From positions 2,752,001-2,816,000 of the forward strand of contig OZ242005.1 of NCBI GenBank assembly GCA_965204725.1: DNA of 64,000 nt. Reading direction: 5' to 3'. The notes beneath the pieces are model-generated. The model saw only the letters and a list, made by a program, of their open reading frames with translations. It had not been told where the DNA came from and made no database searches. A program made the position numbers and the translations under genes. Shown piece after piece: positions 39,368 through 48,440 of the stretch (its first letter is position 1; each line of letters opens with the position of its first letter). The stretch comes from Candidatus Latescibacterota bacterium. Lineage in GTDB: Bacteria > Latescibacterota > UBA2968 > UBA8231.

Positions 39368-39804
39368 TGGCTATTCAAGTGAAGGTGATCAACAAAGGGG
39401 GCCAACCGCTGCCCACCTATGAGACCGCCCACAGCGCGGGCCTCGATTTGCGCGCCGCGCTGTCAGAAGCAGTTGTCTTAGCCCCCGGCGAGCGCGGCCT
39501 CATTCCCACGGGCCTGTTCCTCGAAATCCCCCCGGGCTACGAGGCGCAGGTCCGGCCGCGCAGTGGCTTGGCCCTCAAGCGCGGTCTGACGCTGCTCAAC
39601 GCCCCGGGCACGATCGACGCCGACTACCGAGGCGAAGTGGGCGTCATCGCGATCAACCTTTCGGCCCAAGAGCAGCGCATCGTCCCGGGCGACCGCATTG
39701 CCCAGCTCATTTTCGCGCCGGTGACGCACGGCAAGTGGGTCGAAGTGGAGACGCTCGCCGAAACCGAGCGAGGACGCGGCGGCTTTGGCTCGACAGGAAT
39801 GTAG
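39367..39804 (+). CDS. dut: dUTP diphosphatase
   Basis: [36 protein letters not shown]. Confidence 0.97.
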   Translation: MAIQVKVINKGGQPLPTYETAHSAGLDLRAALSEAVVLAPGERGLIPTGLFLEIPPGYEAQVRPRSGLALKRGLTLLNAPGTIDADYRGEVGVIAINLSAQEQRIVPGDRIAQLIFAPVTHGKWVEVETLAETERGRGGFGSTGM

Positions 39805-39837
39805 CTTGGGAGTCTATCGCACCGCGTCGTCTAACGC

Positions 39838-40200
39838 TTAGTTATTGCGATTTTGTTTGGGTTTGGGAAACAGATAATTTACTATGATGGCGAGCAATCC
39901 AATGACTTTGACCGTCGTACCTGTGATTAAAGTAATAAGCACTCCATCCGGGAGGGCAAAACCACCAAAGTTAAATCCATGAAAAAAGAGAATTGTGGAT
40001 AGTATCACGAGCCATCCTATAACGAGGTAGTATATCAAATATCCGTATTTCTTGCGGTCTTTTATATTTTGCTCATCGCTTCGATTGATCAATTTTATAC
40101 GTTCAAGTTCAGCCTCGGCAATTTGTTGTTTGATGTTATCCTCGCCTGTGCTCTCTCCTGGAGGGATACGCCTTAATTTGTCTTTTTCCTCATCTTTCAT
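39838..40200 (-). CDS. Two-TM membrane protein, candidate toxin partner of the Panacea protein
   Basis: AT-rich; start overlaps the Panacea stop (ATGA); charged N-terminus then two hydrophobic helices. Confidence 0.65.
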   Translation of the reverse strand: MKDEEKDKLRRIPPGESTGEDNIKQQIAEAELERIKLINRSDEQNIKDRKKYGYLIYYLVIGWLVILSTILFFHGFNFGGFALPDGVLITLITGTTVKVIGLLAIIVNYLFPKPKQNRNN

Positions 40201-40697
40201 TGAAGGCGTTCCTTATAGTATTTTTCTATAAGATCATTCTCTATATTGGCGTTTTTTATTGGCACCACTTTTTCGCGTACTTGACTCCAAGGGCTACCTT
40301 CTTCATGCGTCATAGCAGATAGCTCACCGGCACTAAAGCGGCCATACAGTTCCCATATCCGGTTGAGAAAAGCAATCGTGCGCTCATCATCAGGCTTAAT
40401 GTGGGGTATGTGGCTACGCCATTCTCCAAGAGAATAGTAGTAAATCCAATCTAATGCCGGTTTAAGGATCGGCCCTGAACCAAACTCCTTGAACTCATGA
40501 TAGATAGAGGGAAAGACCGGCCCATATTCCCATGCTTCAGCCAACTCATCTTGGACAAGGGGTTCCCCATAAAGGGCCAAATGCCAACCGTGAGCAATAT
40601 AGACCAACTTTTGAATTTTTAACGGCGAAATATCTTCTTTGGCCGAAAGTTCAAGGAAGTAGTTGGCGATTTCCTTTGCTGAGTATGAGTATTCCAT
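40197..40697 (-). CDS. Panacea-domain (DUF4065/SocA/GepA-like) antitoxin
   Basis: IANYFL, LKIQKLVYIAHG, EAWEYGPV, LSAMTH...PW. Confidence 0.9.
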   Translation of the reverse strand: MEYSYSAKEIANYFLELSAKEDISPLKIQKLVYIAHGWHLALYGEPLVQDELAEAWEYGPVFPSIYHEFKEFGSGPILKPALDWIYYYSLGEWRSHIPHIKPDDERTIAFLNRIWELYGRFSAGELSAMTHEEGSPWSQVREKVVPIKNANIENDLIEKYYKERLQ

Positions 40698-40780
40698 GTC
40701 CCTTTCTCCGATTCAAAGGATCATATACTGAACAAATGAATACCCTTTAACCGTGTCAATGCGTTTCGTATGTATTTTGA

Positions 40781-40903
40781 TATATAGCAATCCTACATCC
40801 TTCAAGACTGGATTCCCGCTTTCGCGGGAATGACTCCTTTTATGAAAAAAAGACCGTGCCGATCAACATTCCATGCTTTCAAGTCATTTAGGATTGCTAT
40901 ATA
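40781..40903. mobile_element. 123-bp MITE with perfect 15-bp TIRs, TA ends and an internal hairpin
   Basis: TATATAGCAATCCTA (40781-40795) / TAGGATTGCTATATA (40889-40903); internal ATTCCCGC-TTTC-GCGGGAAT (40812-40831). Confidence 0.75.
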
Positions 40904-40936
40904 AAAGACCGGCACTCTTTCGGAGGCCGGCCTTTT
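40903..40936. terminator. Terminator downstream of the molybdoenzyme operon, possibly bidirectional
   Basis: AAAAGACCGGC...GCCGGCCTTTT stem with A/T tracts on both sides. Confidence 0.6.
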
Positions 40937-40959
40937 GGTTGGAGTATGGATAACGCGGT

Positions 40960-41229
40960 TTAACGCGCGCCCCCGGCCAATGCCGGCAGAAAATGCACCT
41001 CGCTTTGCGGCCCCACCTTCGCCCTAAGCCCGGCCGCGACGACTTCGCCATCCACCGCGACCGCAATCTCAGTCTTGATGCGGTCGCCATCGAGAATCCG
41101 CTCCTTGAACTTAGGGTAGCGGGCGTCAAGGGCGACAATGACCTCGCGCACGGTCGCGCCCTCTACCTCTACTTGCTGCTGACCGTCGGTCAGCTTCTGC
41201 ATCAGCGAAGGAATCCAAACCACAGGCAT
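40960..41229 (-). CDS. MoaD/ThiS-family sulfur carrier
   Basis: VWIPS, VEGATVRE, VAVDGE, LPALAGG(AR). Confidence 0.85.
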   Translation of the reverse strand: MPVVWIPSLMQKLTDGQQQVEVEGATVREVIVALDARYPKFKERILDGDRIKTEIAVAVDGEVVAAGLRAKVGPQSEVHFLPALAGGAR

Positions 41230-41233
41230 GGCA

Positions 41234-43486
41234 CTAGCTCCCGGCCAATGCGGCGACAATGCGGTCGGGCTTCATGGGCAATTCCTGCGGACGCACGCCA
41301 ACGGCATCCTCAATGGCAGCGGCTAGGGCGGCGGGCGGCGGGGCGATGTTGGCCTCGCCCACGCCGCGCACGCCATAAGGATGGCCCGGGTTGGGAACCT
41401 CGACGATGATGGTCTCGATCATCGGCAGGTCGAGGCTGGTTGGGATCCGGTAGTCGAGATAGCTGGAGTTATCGAGGTGGCCGTCGGGATTGTAGAAGTA
41501 TTCCTCGTTGAGCGCCCAACCAATGCCTTGTACCGAGCCGCCCTGCATCTGGCCCTCGACGTACGCCGGGTGAATCGCCCGGCCCGCGTCTTGGACGACC
41601 GTAAAGCGCAGGACCTCGACCTTGCCGGTCTCGGGATCCACCCTGACATCGGCGATGTTGGCCGCAAAGGAACCGCCGACGCCCGAGTCTGGATCCACCG
41701 TGGCGCGGCCAATGACCGGGCCGCCGGTCTCTTCGACTCGGCCGGCTAGTTCCTTAAAGGTCATAGCGTTGTCGCCGGAACGGAAGACGCCGTCGGCAAA
41801 CTCGACTTGGCCCACTTCGACCTCCCAGAGCTGGGCCGCGCGCTCGCAGAGCTGATCCCGCACGTCGAGGGCGGCCTTGTACGCGGCCCAGCCGGTGGCG
41901 TACGTCACGCGGCTACCGCCGGTTACGTCCGTGTGGCCAATGGAGTCGGTGTCGCCCACCTGCGGCTTGACGTCTTCGGCCCGCAGGCCCAAGGTCTCGG
42001 CAAACTGCATGGCGACCGATGTGCGCGTACCGCCGATGTCGGTCGAACCCTCGACTAAGCTGACCGTGCCGTCTGCGTTGACGCTGGCCGTGCAGGACGA
42101 CTTGAGCCCGACGTTGAACCAATAGCCGACCGAGATGCCGCGCCCGCCGTTGGGGCCAGCCGGTGCTGGACTCTGGTAGTGGTCCGAGTGGGCGATGGCT
42201 TCCAACACCTCCTTGCAGCCCATCTTGGGATACACCACGCCGTCAATGCGGCGGGTGCCGGTCGTCGCGCTGTTCTTGAGCCGGAGCACTAGCGGCTCCA
42301 TCCCCAATTCGGCGGCCAGCAAATCGACCACGTGCTCAGTGGCAAAGGCCACTTGCGTCGAGCCTGGGGCGCGATACGCGAAACTCCGCGGCTTGTTGAC
42401 CACTACGTCATAGCAGTCAATCCGGCCATCGGGGATGTCGTAGCACGAAAACACGCACATCGCAGCCGCGCCGACTAAGCCGCCGGGATACGCCCCGGAC
42501 TCAAAGGCGATATAGGCGTCGGCGGCCACGATTTTGCCGCTCTTGTCCGCGCCCATCTTGATCTTGATGTACGACCCGGGCGTCGGGCCAGTGCTCTCGA
42601 AGACAGCTGGCCGGGTCATAACTAGTTTGACGGGTTGGCCGCTCGCCTTGGAGAGCAGGGCGGCGACCGGCTCCAAGTAGATCGGGATTTTGCCGCCAAA
42701 GCCGCCGCCGATTTCTTGGGGCACGACCTTGATCTTGGAAATGGGCATGTCCAAGACCGCGCCGACTTGGGCGCGGGCGGTGAACGACCCTTGGGTACTA
42801 GTCCAAATCGTCAGTTGGCCATCGGCGTTCCAGCTCGCCGTGGCGTTGTGCGGCTCGATGTACCCTTGATGCACGGTCGCGGTCTGAAACTCGCGTTCCA
42901 CAATCACGTCGGCCTCGGCAAAGGCCCTGTCTGGATCGCCGAGCCGGTGTTCAAAGTGGGTGGCGAGGTTGCTCTTGCGGCCGGTATCTTCGCCAAACTC
43001 TTGGGTCGTCATGTCGTCGTGGAGTTGCGGCGCGCCCTCCTGCATGGCTTCGCGCACATCGAGCACTGGCTCTAGGACCTCGTACTCGACTTCGATCAGG
43101 TCGAGCGCTTCTTCGGCAAGATGGACGTTGGTGGCCGCGACCGCGGCGACGGGATGCCCGCTGTACAGGGCTTTATCGGTAGCCAGCACGTTGTCGCGCA
43201 GGTACTTGAGCCGGGCTGGGCCTTCGCCGAGATCGACGATCTGGTCGCCGGCATCGGGCAGGTCCGTGCCCGTGAGAACGGCCTTGACCCCAGGGAGGGC
43301 AGCGGCCTTAGAGGTGTCTATGGACTTGATGCGCGCATGGGCGTGGGGCGAGCGCAGGACCTGTCCGTAGAGCAAGCCGGCCAATCGGGTGTCGGCCCCG
43401 TACAGGGCGCGCCCGGTGACCTTGTCGACGCCATCGTGGCGAATGGGACGGGTGCCGATGACTTTGTAGCCGTTGGTAGCAGACAT
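41234..43486 (-). CDS. Xanthine dehydrogenase-family molybdopterin subunit (CoxL/XdhA-like)
   Basis: KVTGRALY, LRSPHAHA, IGGGFGGK, AYRAPG, VEGQMQG, RGVGE; GGAGG RBS. Confidence 0.92.
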   Translation of the reverse strand: MSATNGYKVIGTRPIRHDGVDKVTGRALYGADTRLAGLLYGQVLRSPHAHARIKSIDTSKAAALPGVKAVLTGTDLPDAGDQIVDLGEGPARLKYLRDNVLATDKALYSGHPVAAVAATNVHLAEEALDLIEVEYEVLEPVLDVREAMQEGAPQLHDDMTTQEFGEDTGRKSNLATHFEHRLGDPDRAFAEADVIVEREFQTATVHQGYIEPHNATASWNADGQLTIWTSTQGSFTARAQVGAVLDMPISKIKVVPQEIGGGFGGKIPIYLEPVAALLSKASGQPVKLVMTRPAVFESTGPTPGSYIKIKMGADKSGKIVAADAYIAFESGAYPGGLVGAAAMCVFSCYDIPDGRIDCYDVVVNKPRSFAYRAPGSTQVAFATEHVVDLLAAELGMEPLVLRLKNSATTGTRRIDGVVYPKMGCKEVLEAIAHSDHYQSPAPAGPNGGRGISVGYWFNVGLKSSCTASVNADGTVSLVEGSTDIGGTRTSVAMQFAETLGLRAEDVKPQVGDTDSIGHTDVTGGSRVTYATGWAAYKAALDVRDQLCERAAQLWEVEVGQVEFADGVFRSGDNAMTFKELAGRVEETGGPVIGRATVDPDSGVGGSFAANIADVRVDPETGKVEVLRFTVVQDAGRAIHPAYVEGQMQGGSVQGIGWALNEEYFYNPDGHLDNSSYLDYRIPTSLDLPMIETIIVEVPNPGHPYGVRGVGEANIAPPPAALAAAIEDAVGVRPQELPMKPDRIVAALAGS

Positions 43487-43499
43487 GGCGTTCCTCCTC

Positions 43500-43979
43500 T
43501 CAGGCGCTTTGGCGCACTTCCTCGGCGGCGTCGAGGACCGCGCGGATGATCTTGTCGTAGCCGGTGCAGCGGCACAAGTTGCCGGCCAGCCAGTGCCGCA
43601 CTTCGTGTTCGGAAGGGTTGGGATTGTGATCGAGCAGTGCCTTGGAGGCCACCAAAAAGCCCGGAGTGCAGATGCCGCATTGGAGCGCGGCGTGTTCGAG
43701 GAACTTCTGCTGCACCGGGTGTAGGCTATCCGGGCTGGCAAGGCCCTCGACCGTTTCGACTTGTTTGCCCTCGGCCTCGACGGCCAGCATGAGACAAGAA
43801 TCGACGAGGATGCCATCGACTGCGACCGAGCACGCGCCGCAGTTGCCGTCGTTGCAGCCCTCTTTGGTGCCGGTGAAGCCGAGCGTCTCGCGCAATACTT
43901 CGAGCAGGCTCTGGCGCGGCTCGCAGAGAAATTCGGTTGGCTCCCCGTTGATCGTGGTCTGGACGTGTGTTTTGCTCAT
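43500..43979 (-). CDS. 2Fe-2S subunit (CoxS-like)
   Basis: GCNDGNCGAC, QCGICTPG, GNLCRCTGY. Confidence 0.95.
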   Translation of the reverse strand: MSKTHVQTTINGEPTEFLCEPRQSLLEVLRETLGFTGTKEGCNDGNCGACSVAVDGILVDSCLMLAVEAEGKQVETVEGLASPDSLHPVQQKFLEHAALQCGICTPGFLVASKALLDHNPNPSEHEVRHWLAGNLCRCTGYDKIIRAVLDAAEEVRQSA

Positions 43980-44052
43980 ATACCTTAACTCCGAATTTGG
44001 GCCGCCTGTTGCGGCGAGTGAAGAGCTTCAATGGTCGGTGTAACTGCTAACT

Positions 44053-44961
44053 TTAGCCGGCTGCTTCCTGCACGGCGTTGGCGACGAACTGGCCGCGGGC
44101 CCGAGCGATAGCACCCGCAAGGGTGCGCTTGACCAAGACCCCGACGAGGTGCGTGCGGAACTCGGCCGGGCCGCGCATATCGGAAATCGGCCGCGCCACG
44201 CTCTGAGCGGCGGCTGCCGCGGCCGCGATGGCCTCGTCTGAGACGGCTTGACCGGCTAGGCTATCGCCGGCCTCGCGTGCGAAAATCGGCGTGGGGCCAA
44301 CCGCCCCGAGCGCAATGCGCACGGCCTTAAACTCCTTGCCGCGATTGGCCAAGACAACGTGCGAGGACACGCCGACGACGGCAATATCCATCTCATTGCG
44401 CGGAATGAAGCGCTGGTAGTGAGAGCCGGTGTTCTTCTTGGCAATCGGCATCTGGAGAGCCACCAAGAGCTCGCCGGGCGCGAGCACATTGCGGCCCGGG
44501 CCGGTGCAAAAGTCCTCTACGGCGACTTGACGTTTGCCATCCGGCCCGGCGATGTGGCACACGGCCGAGTGGGTAATCAGGCTGGGGGTCGCGTCTGCGC
44601 TGGGAGAGGAGTTGCACAAATTGCCGCCAAAAGTGGCGCGGCCTTGGATTTGGATGCCGCCGATAATGGCGGCCGAATCGACGAGCCCAAGGTAACGCTC
44701 GACGATTTCGGGGTCGTTGTAGATGCGCCAGCAGGGCACGGCCGCGCCAATGACCAAACCCCGGCGGGGACCGTAGGAAAGCTCGTTGGCCTCGGGGACG
44801 TTCTTGATGTCGAGGATGCAGTCGGGCTCAAAACGCTTGCCGCGCAACTGGACGATCAAGTCGGTGCCGCCAGCGAGGACGCGGGCGGCCTCGCCTTTTT
44901 CGGCTTTGAGGCCCACAGCCTCGCGCAACGTGCTAGGGGCGCAGTATGCAAAATTTTTCAA
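44053..44961 (-). CDS. FAD-binding subunit (CoxM-like)
   Basis: LAGGTDL, ATFGGNLCNSSPSAD, PISDMRG; TTG start with GGAGG RBS. Confidence 0.92.
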   Translation of the reverse strand: MKNFAYCAPSTLREAVGLKAEKGEAARVLAGGTDLIVQLRGKRFEPDCILDIKNVPEANELSYGPRRGLVIGAAVPCWRIYNDPEIVERYLGLVDSAAIIGGIQIQGRATFGGNLCNSSPSADATPSLITHSAVCHIAGPDGKRQVAVEDFCTGPGRNVLAPGELLVALQMPIAKKNTGSHYQRFIPRNEMDIAVVGVSSHVVLANRGKEFKAVRIALGAVGPTPIFAREAGDSLAGQAVSDEAIAAAAAAAQSVARPISDMRGPAEFRTHLVGVLVKRTLAGAIARARGQFVANAVQEAAG

Positions 44962-45184
44962 GGAAAAGCCTCCTCGCTTGTAAGTGGTCGCTACGTTCGC
45001 GCCTAATTATGGAATGCGCCATCCGTGCTGTCAAGAGCGGTAAAAGGCGCGGCGCAATGGGCTGGATAGCTGGATTTTGCTGGGGAAAACCCTCGGCGTG
45101 GAGTGCTTCAGGCCGACGAGATGCGCCCTCCGCAAAGAAGAAGCGGAGGGCGCATTGGCGAGGTTCGACTGTTTTCCGCCCCCC

Positions 45185-47014
45185 TTAGGGGAGCTTCGTC
45201 ATCTTCTTGGTTTCTACGCGCCCATCCACTTCGGCCCGATAGAGATACACGCCAGCGGCCACATCCCGACCCACCTCGTCGCGGCCATTCCAAGTAAAGC
45301 GATGAGCACCCGCCGGCAGCGACCCTTGCCATAGCTGCCGCACCCGACGACCCAACGCGTCGTACACGGCCAGCGACGCCTGCGCCGCGTCCGTCGCCAA
45401 ATCAAGGGGGATCACGACAGCCGGGTTGAACGGATTGGGATAGCTGTGGCCCAGCCGATGGTGCGCTGGCCGAGCACCCGACGCCATCGTCACCGCCGTC
45501 GGCGCTCCTGCCCCTGAATTCTCGAGCATGTACACACCGCCCAAGGCTGGGTCCAACACCACCAAGTCTAGGTCGCCGTCGCCATCGACATCGCCGGGCA
45601 GCACACTGACCCCATCGCCCGCCAAGCGATGCGTTTCCGTTTCTTGGGTCGGGTTCAAGCCCCCACCCCACTCGACAAACACTCCAAGACCCGACGCCCG
45701 GTTGCCGCCGACAAACACCCAATCATCTACCTCGTCGGCGTTCAAATCGCGCACCACCACCCGTGAGCGCAGAAATAGCTGTTCGTCGTAGAGAACCTGC
45801 TCGTTATATATCGCCCCCGAGGCGGAAAGCCCTTGCAAGACGAGGCCCATGCCCCATTCAAAGGAGTTGTGTTGGAGGTGCCAGAGCCACTCCCATTGCC
45901 CATCGCGATCAAAATCGCCCCCCGGAATGTCAAAGAGGGGTTCCGTCAAATCCAAGAGGACTTCGAGATCGCCCGGACTTATAGTGAGGACCTCTTCTTG
46001 GAGATCCGGCCCGATAGACCAAACCTCAATTTCGTCTCCCTTCCGTATCACAATCTCGTCTTGGCCATCGCCATCTACATCGTTGGCGAGTAGATACCAA
46101 GGGTACGGGTCTTGGGTATATCCGAGGCGCGCGGATTCAAAGGCCCCATGGCCATCATTGAGGGCCATGACCCAACCCTGAGGAGGCCGCCAGCCAGAGG
46201 GGGGATCCCCCTCATAAGGGGCAAACCGATCCGCGAAAAGGTCTAAGTCGCCATCGCCATCTAAGTCGATCAAGACGCCGCCCCATCGCCCTATACCCGG
46301 TATAATCGGATAAAACACCGGTGGCGCGAAAAGACCGGGGCGATCCAAGTGAAAATACGCTACGGGCGGCGGGGCCAATTCGCCCTGCAAACGCTCTTCA
46401 GGGCCGGTCAACTCGATCCAGTCGATCTCAAGGTGCCCGACCAACTCGTCCACGGACTGGAGCTCTGCCGTTTCGTTCCGAGAAAAGAAAAAAGCCAGCC
46501 GAATATCCCGTAAAAGCCCCTCCCACACGATATCATCTCGGCCGGAGAGGGTAAACTCTACTTCCTGCCACTCGGTGGTAGTGTAAGTGGAATCGTCCAT
46601 GGAGTGGATCGCAAACCGGCTCTTTGACAGCCTTTCTGGGTCTTGCCCTGGGGCCGCGAGATTGTGCTCATTCGTCCAAGCAAGCCGAACGAGCCCTACC
46701 TCAGGGCGATGGTGTGCGGTGCGGAACCGGACTCGCACCCGGTCGAATAGGTGCGAACCGTAGCCTATGGTAGAGGAAATCAAGTCCACATTCGGGGAAA
46801 GATCCCTTTTTCTGGCTACCGAGGGCGAGACATCGACCCTCCACACGCCGTCTTCAACTTCCCCCGGAAACAGATGAAATTCACTGGACCCGCCCCATGC
46901 AGTTGCTGTTTTGGCAGCCCACCCTTGCATCGTTCCGTCGTCGAAATCCCACTTGACTGCCTCGGCGAGGCTGCTCCACAGCACTACGCATACAAAAACG
47001 ACGAACTTCAACAT
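45185..47014 (-). CDS. Exported FG-GAP/VCBS-repeat protein with T9SS-A-like/FlgD C-terminal domain
   Basis: Signal peptide; DLDGDGDLDL, DVDGDGQDEI, DVDGDGDLDL; YPNPFNP, WNGRD, GVYLYR. Confidence 0.8.
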   Translation of the reverse strand: MLKFVVFVCVVLWSSLAEAVKWDFDDGTMQGWAAKTATAWGGSSEFHLFPGEVEDGVWRVDVSPSVARKRDLSPNVDLISSTIGYGSHLFDRVRVRFRTAHHRPEVGLVRLAWTNEHNLAAPGQDPERLSKSRFAIHSMDDSTYTTTEWQEVEFTLSGRDDIVWEGLLRDIRLAFFFSRNETAELQSVDELVGHLEIDWIELTGPEERLQGELAPPPVAYFHLDRPGLFAPPVFYPIIPGIGRWGGVLIDLDGDGDLDLFADRFAPYEGDPPSGWRPPQGWVMALNDGHGAFESARLGYTQDPYPWYLLANDVDGDGQDEIVIRKGDEIEVWSIGPDLQEEVLTISPGDLEVLLDLTEPLFDIPGGDFDRDGQWEWLWHLQHNSFEWGMGLVLQGLSASGAIYNEQVLYDEQLFLRSRVVVRDLNADEVDDWVFVGGNRASGLGVFVEWGGGLNPTQETETHRLAGDGVSVLPGDVDGDGDLDLVVLDPALGGVYMLENSGAGAPTAVTMASGARPAHHRLGHSYPNPFNPAVVIPLDLATDAAQASLAVYDALGRRVRQLWQGSLPAGAHRFTWNGRDEVGRDVAAGVYLYRAEVDGRVETKKMTKLP

Positions 47015-47033
47015 GACGACACCTCCATAGAAA

Positions 47034-47133
47034 AATTAACGAGTCCGAGGCCGTGCTCGACGATTTCGGGGTCATTGTAGATGTGCCAGCAGGACACGGC
47101 CACGCCGAGAACCAAACCCCGGAGAGGGTCGTA
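47034..47133 (-). pseudogene. Degenerate ~100-bp copy of an internal segment of the CoxM-like gene (44676-44775)
   Basis: GCTCGACGATTTCGGGGTC(A/G)TTGTAGATG(T/C)GCCAGCAGG... ACCAAACCCCGG shared. Confidence 0.8.
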
Positions 47134-47328
47134 CTAGGTGTGCCGGCGACTACGTTTTGCTTCGTATTGTTCGTACTGCTTGATAAACAGCCTCTTTTCC
47201 TCTTCTGTTGGTTCGGGGTTTCGGGTTTTCTTGGAATAGGACCGCGAACCTAAATCAATGGACGAGTGTTCTATAAAATTCTTCAGCTCATCCATCTCAG
47301 AGATATTGGGATAAATATTCTGTCTCAT
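47134..47328 (-). CDS. Small hydrophilic hypothetical protein (64 aa)
   Basis: Strong AAGGAGG RBS directly after the proteasome-like gene; AT-rich. Confidence 0.6.
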   Translation of the reverse strand: MRQNIYPNISEMDELKNFIEHSSIDLGSRSYSKKTRNPEPTEEEKRLFIKQYEQYEAKRSRRHT

Positions 47329-47343
47329 AAAATTCCTCCTTGG

Positions 47344-48345
47344 TCATCTAGGGGTTATATGGCCTTGGAGCTTATAGGCTTCCTCAGAAATAAATCTGAA
47401 TCCATCCTTCCGGTCAATGATTGCCAGATGTATATCGCCACCGACCGTAGGCATTGAATCTCCAAATTCTTGTACTCTAACCATGAGTTCGACAAGCCAA
47501 TATACGCAATTTATAGCGTTTTGCGTGGAAAAATCTCCGTAATCGGCATTAAATCCCTCGAGTCGCCAAGGCTGTTCGCTGCTAGGGTCATCGGGGTTTT
47601 CTAAGCCAAATATATGGAACTTCTCGAAAAAATTATCTAAATCCGGCAAAACTATATCTCGATTTTCATGCTGCAATTCGTCTATAAATCGATATAGAAG
47701 AAACCTGTACCTTTCTTCTATCAAACGCATATTGAAGGGGTCTGTTCCATGAATAAGACGAGCGATTTCTCTGAATTGTCCACCAAATACTATGCCATAA
47801 TAGCCATCCAATTCAAGTCTGGCATCGCCAGAAGGAAAGTTTACACGGTAAATTTTAGGGGGACTGTCATTGGATTCCCAGCCTCCAATAAGAAGCTCAA
47901 TTTCTGGTTGGAATACATTGTCTGGATATTCTTTTTTATAGTACTCCTGAATTTCATCGACTAACCTTTGAGTAACACAATGAATTGTATAGGGTTCCTC
48001 AAAAGTGCCCTTTTGAGCGAAATCTTGAATGATACTCTTCAAGGTTGTATCACCAATAGATATACTGCCAGAGGTCATAACACCAACATGTTTATTTAGC
48101 TTAAAAAGCTTATCTATGTGTGTCATGTGGCTATAAGGTATATTTTTATTGTGAGAATGAATGTGTTCCCAAAAATTCGATAGAACTGGTTTTCCATTCT
48201 CGTCTGTTATGAGCTCGCCGTCTCTGTCAAAATCAAAATATTGAGCTAACTCATAAGGATCAACCATATTTCGACTGACAGTGCCAAGGCTATCACATCC
48301 CATCACAATTACATCTTTAGTTGAGAAAGTAATAAGTGTTGTCAT
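47344..48345 (-). CDS. Proteasome-beta/Ntn-hydrolase-like protein
   Basis: N-terminal M-T-T, VIVMGCDS, KLFKL..HVGVMTSG, LLIGG, C-terminal NAINCVYWLV...PTVGGDIHLAII; AT-rich. Confidence 0.7.
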   Translation of the reverse strand: MTTLITFSTKDVIVMGCDSLGTVSRNMVDPYELAQYFDFDRDGELITDENGKPVLSNFWEHIHSHNKNIPYSHMTHIDKLFKLNKHVGVMTSGSISIGDTTLKSIIQDFAQKGTFEEPYTIHCVTQRLVDEIQEYYKKEYPDNVFQPEIELLIGGWESNDSPPKIYRVNFPSGDARLELDGYYGIVFGGQFREIARLIHGTDPFNMRLIEERYRFLLYRFIDELQHENRDIVLPDLDNFFEKFHIFGLENPDDPSSEQPWRLEGFNADYGDFSTQNAINCVYWLVELMVRVQEFGDSMPTVGGDIHLAIIDRKDGFRFISEEAYKLQGHITPR

Positions 48346-48440
48346 AATACTTCCCTCATTCGTGGCTTTCTTTTAGAACGAAAAAATATAGAATAACCTA
48401 TGTCCAGCAACGAGCTATGTCAACGATCAACGATGGCTCG

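Noticed and set aside
43487-43816. N-terminal extension of the Mo subunit
   Set aside because: Overlaps the 2Fe-2S gene; a good RBS and ATG exist at 43486
41234-44961. Aerobic CO dehydrogenase (coxMSL)
   Set aside because: The large subunit has AYRAPG, not the AYxCSFR of form I CODH
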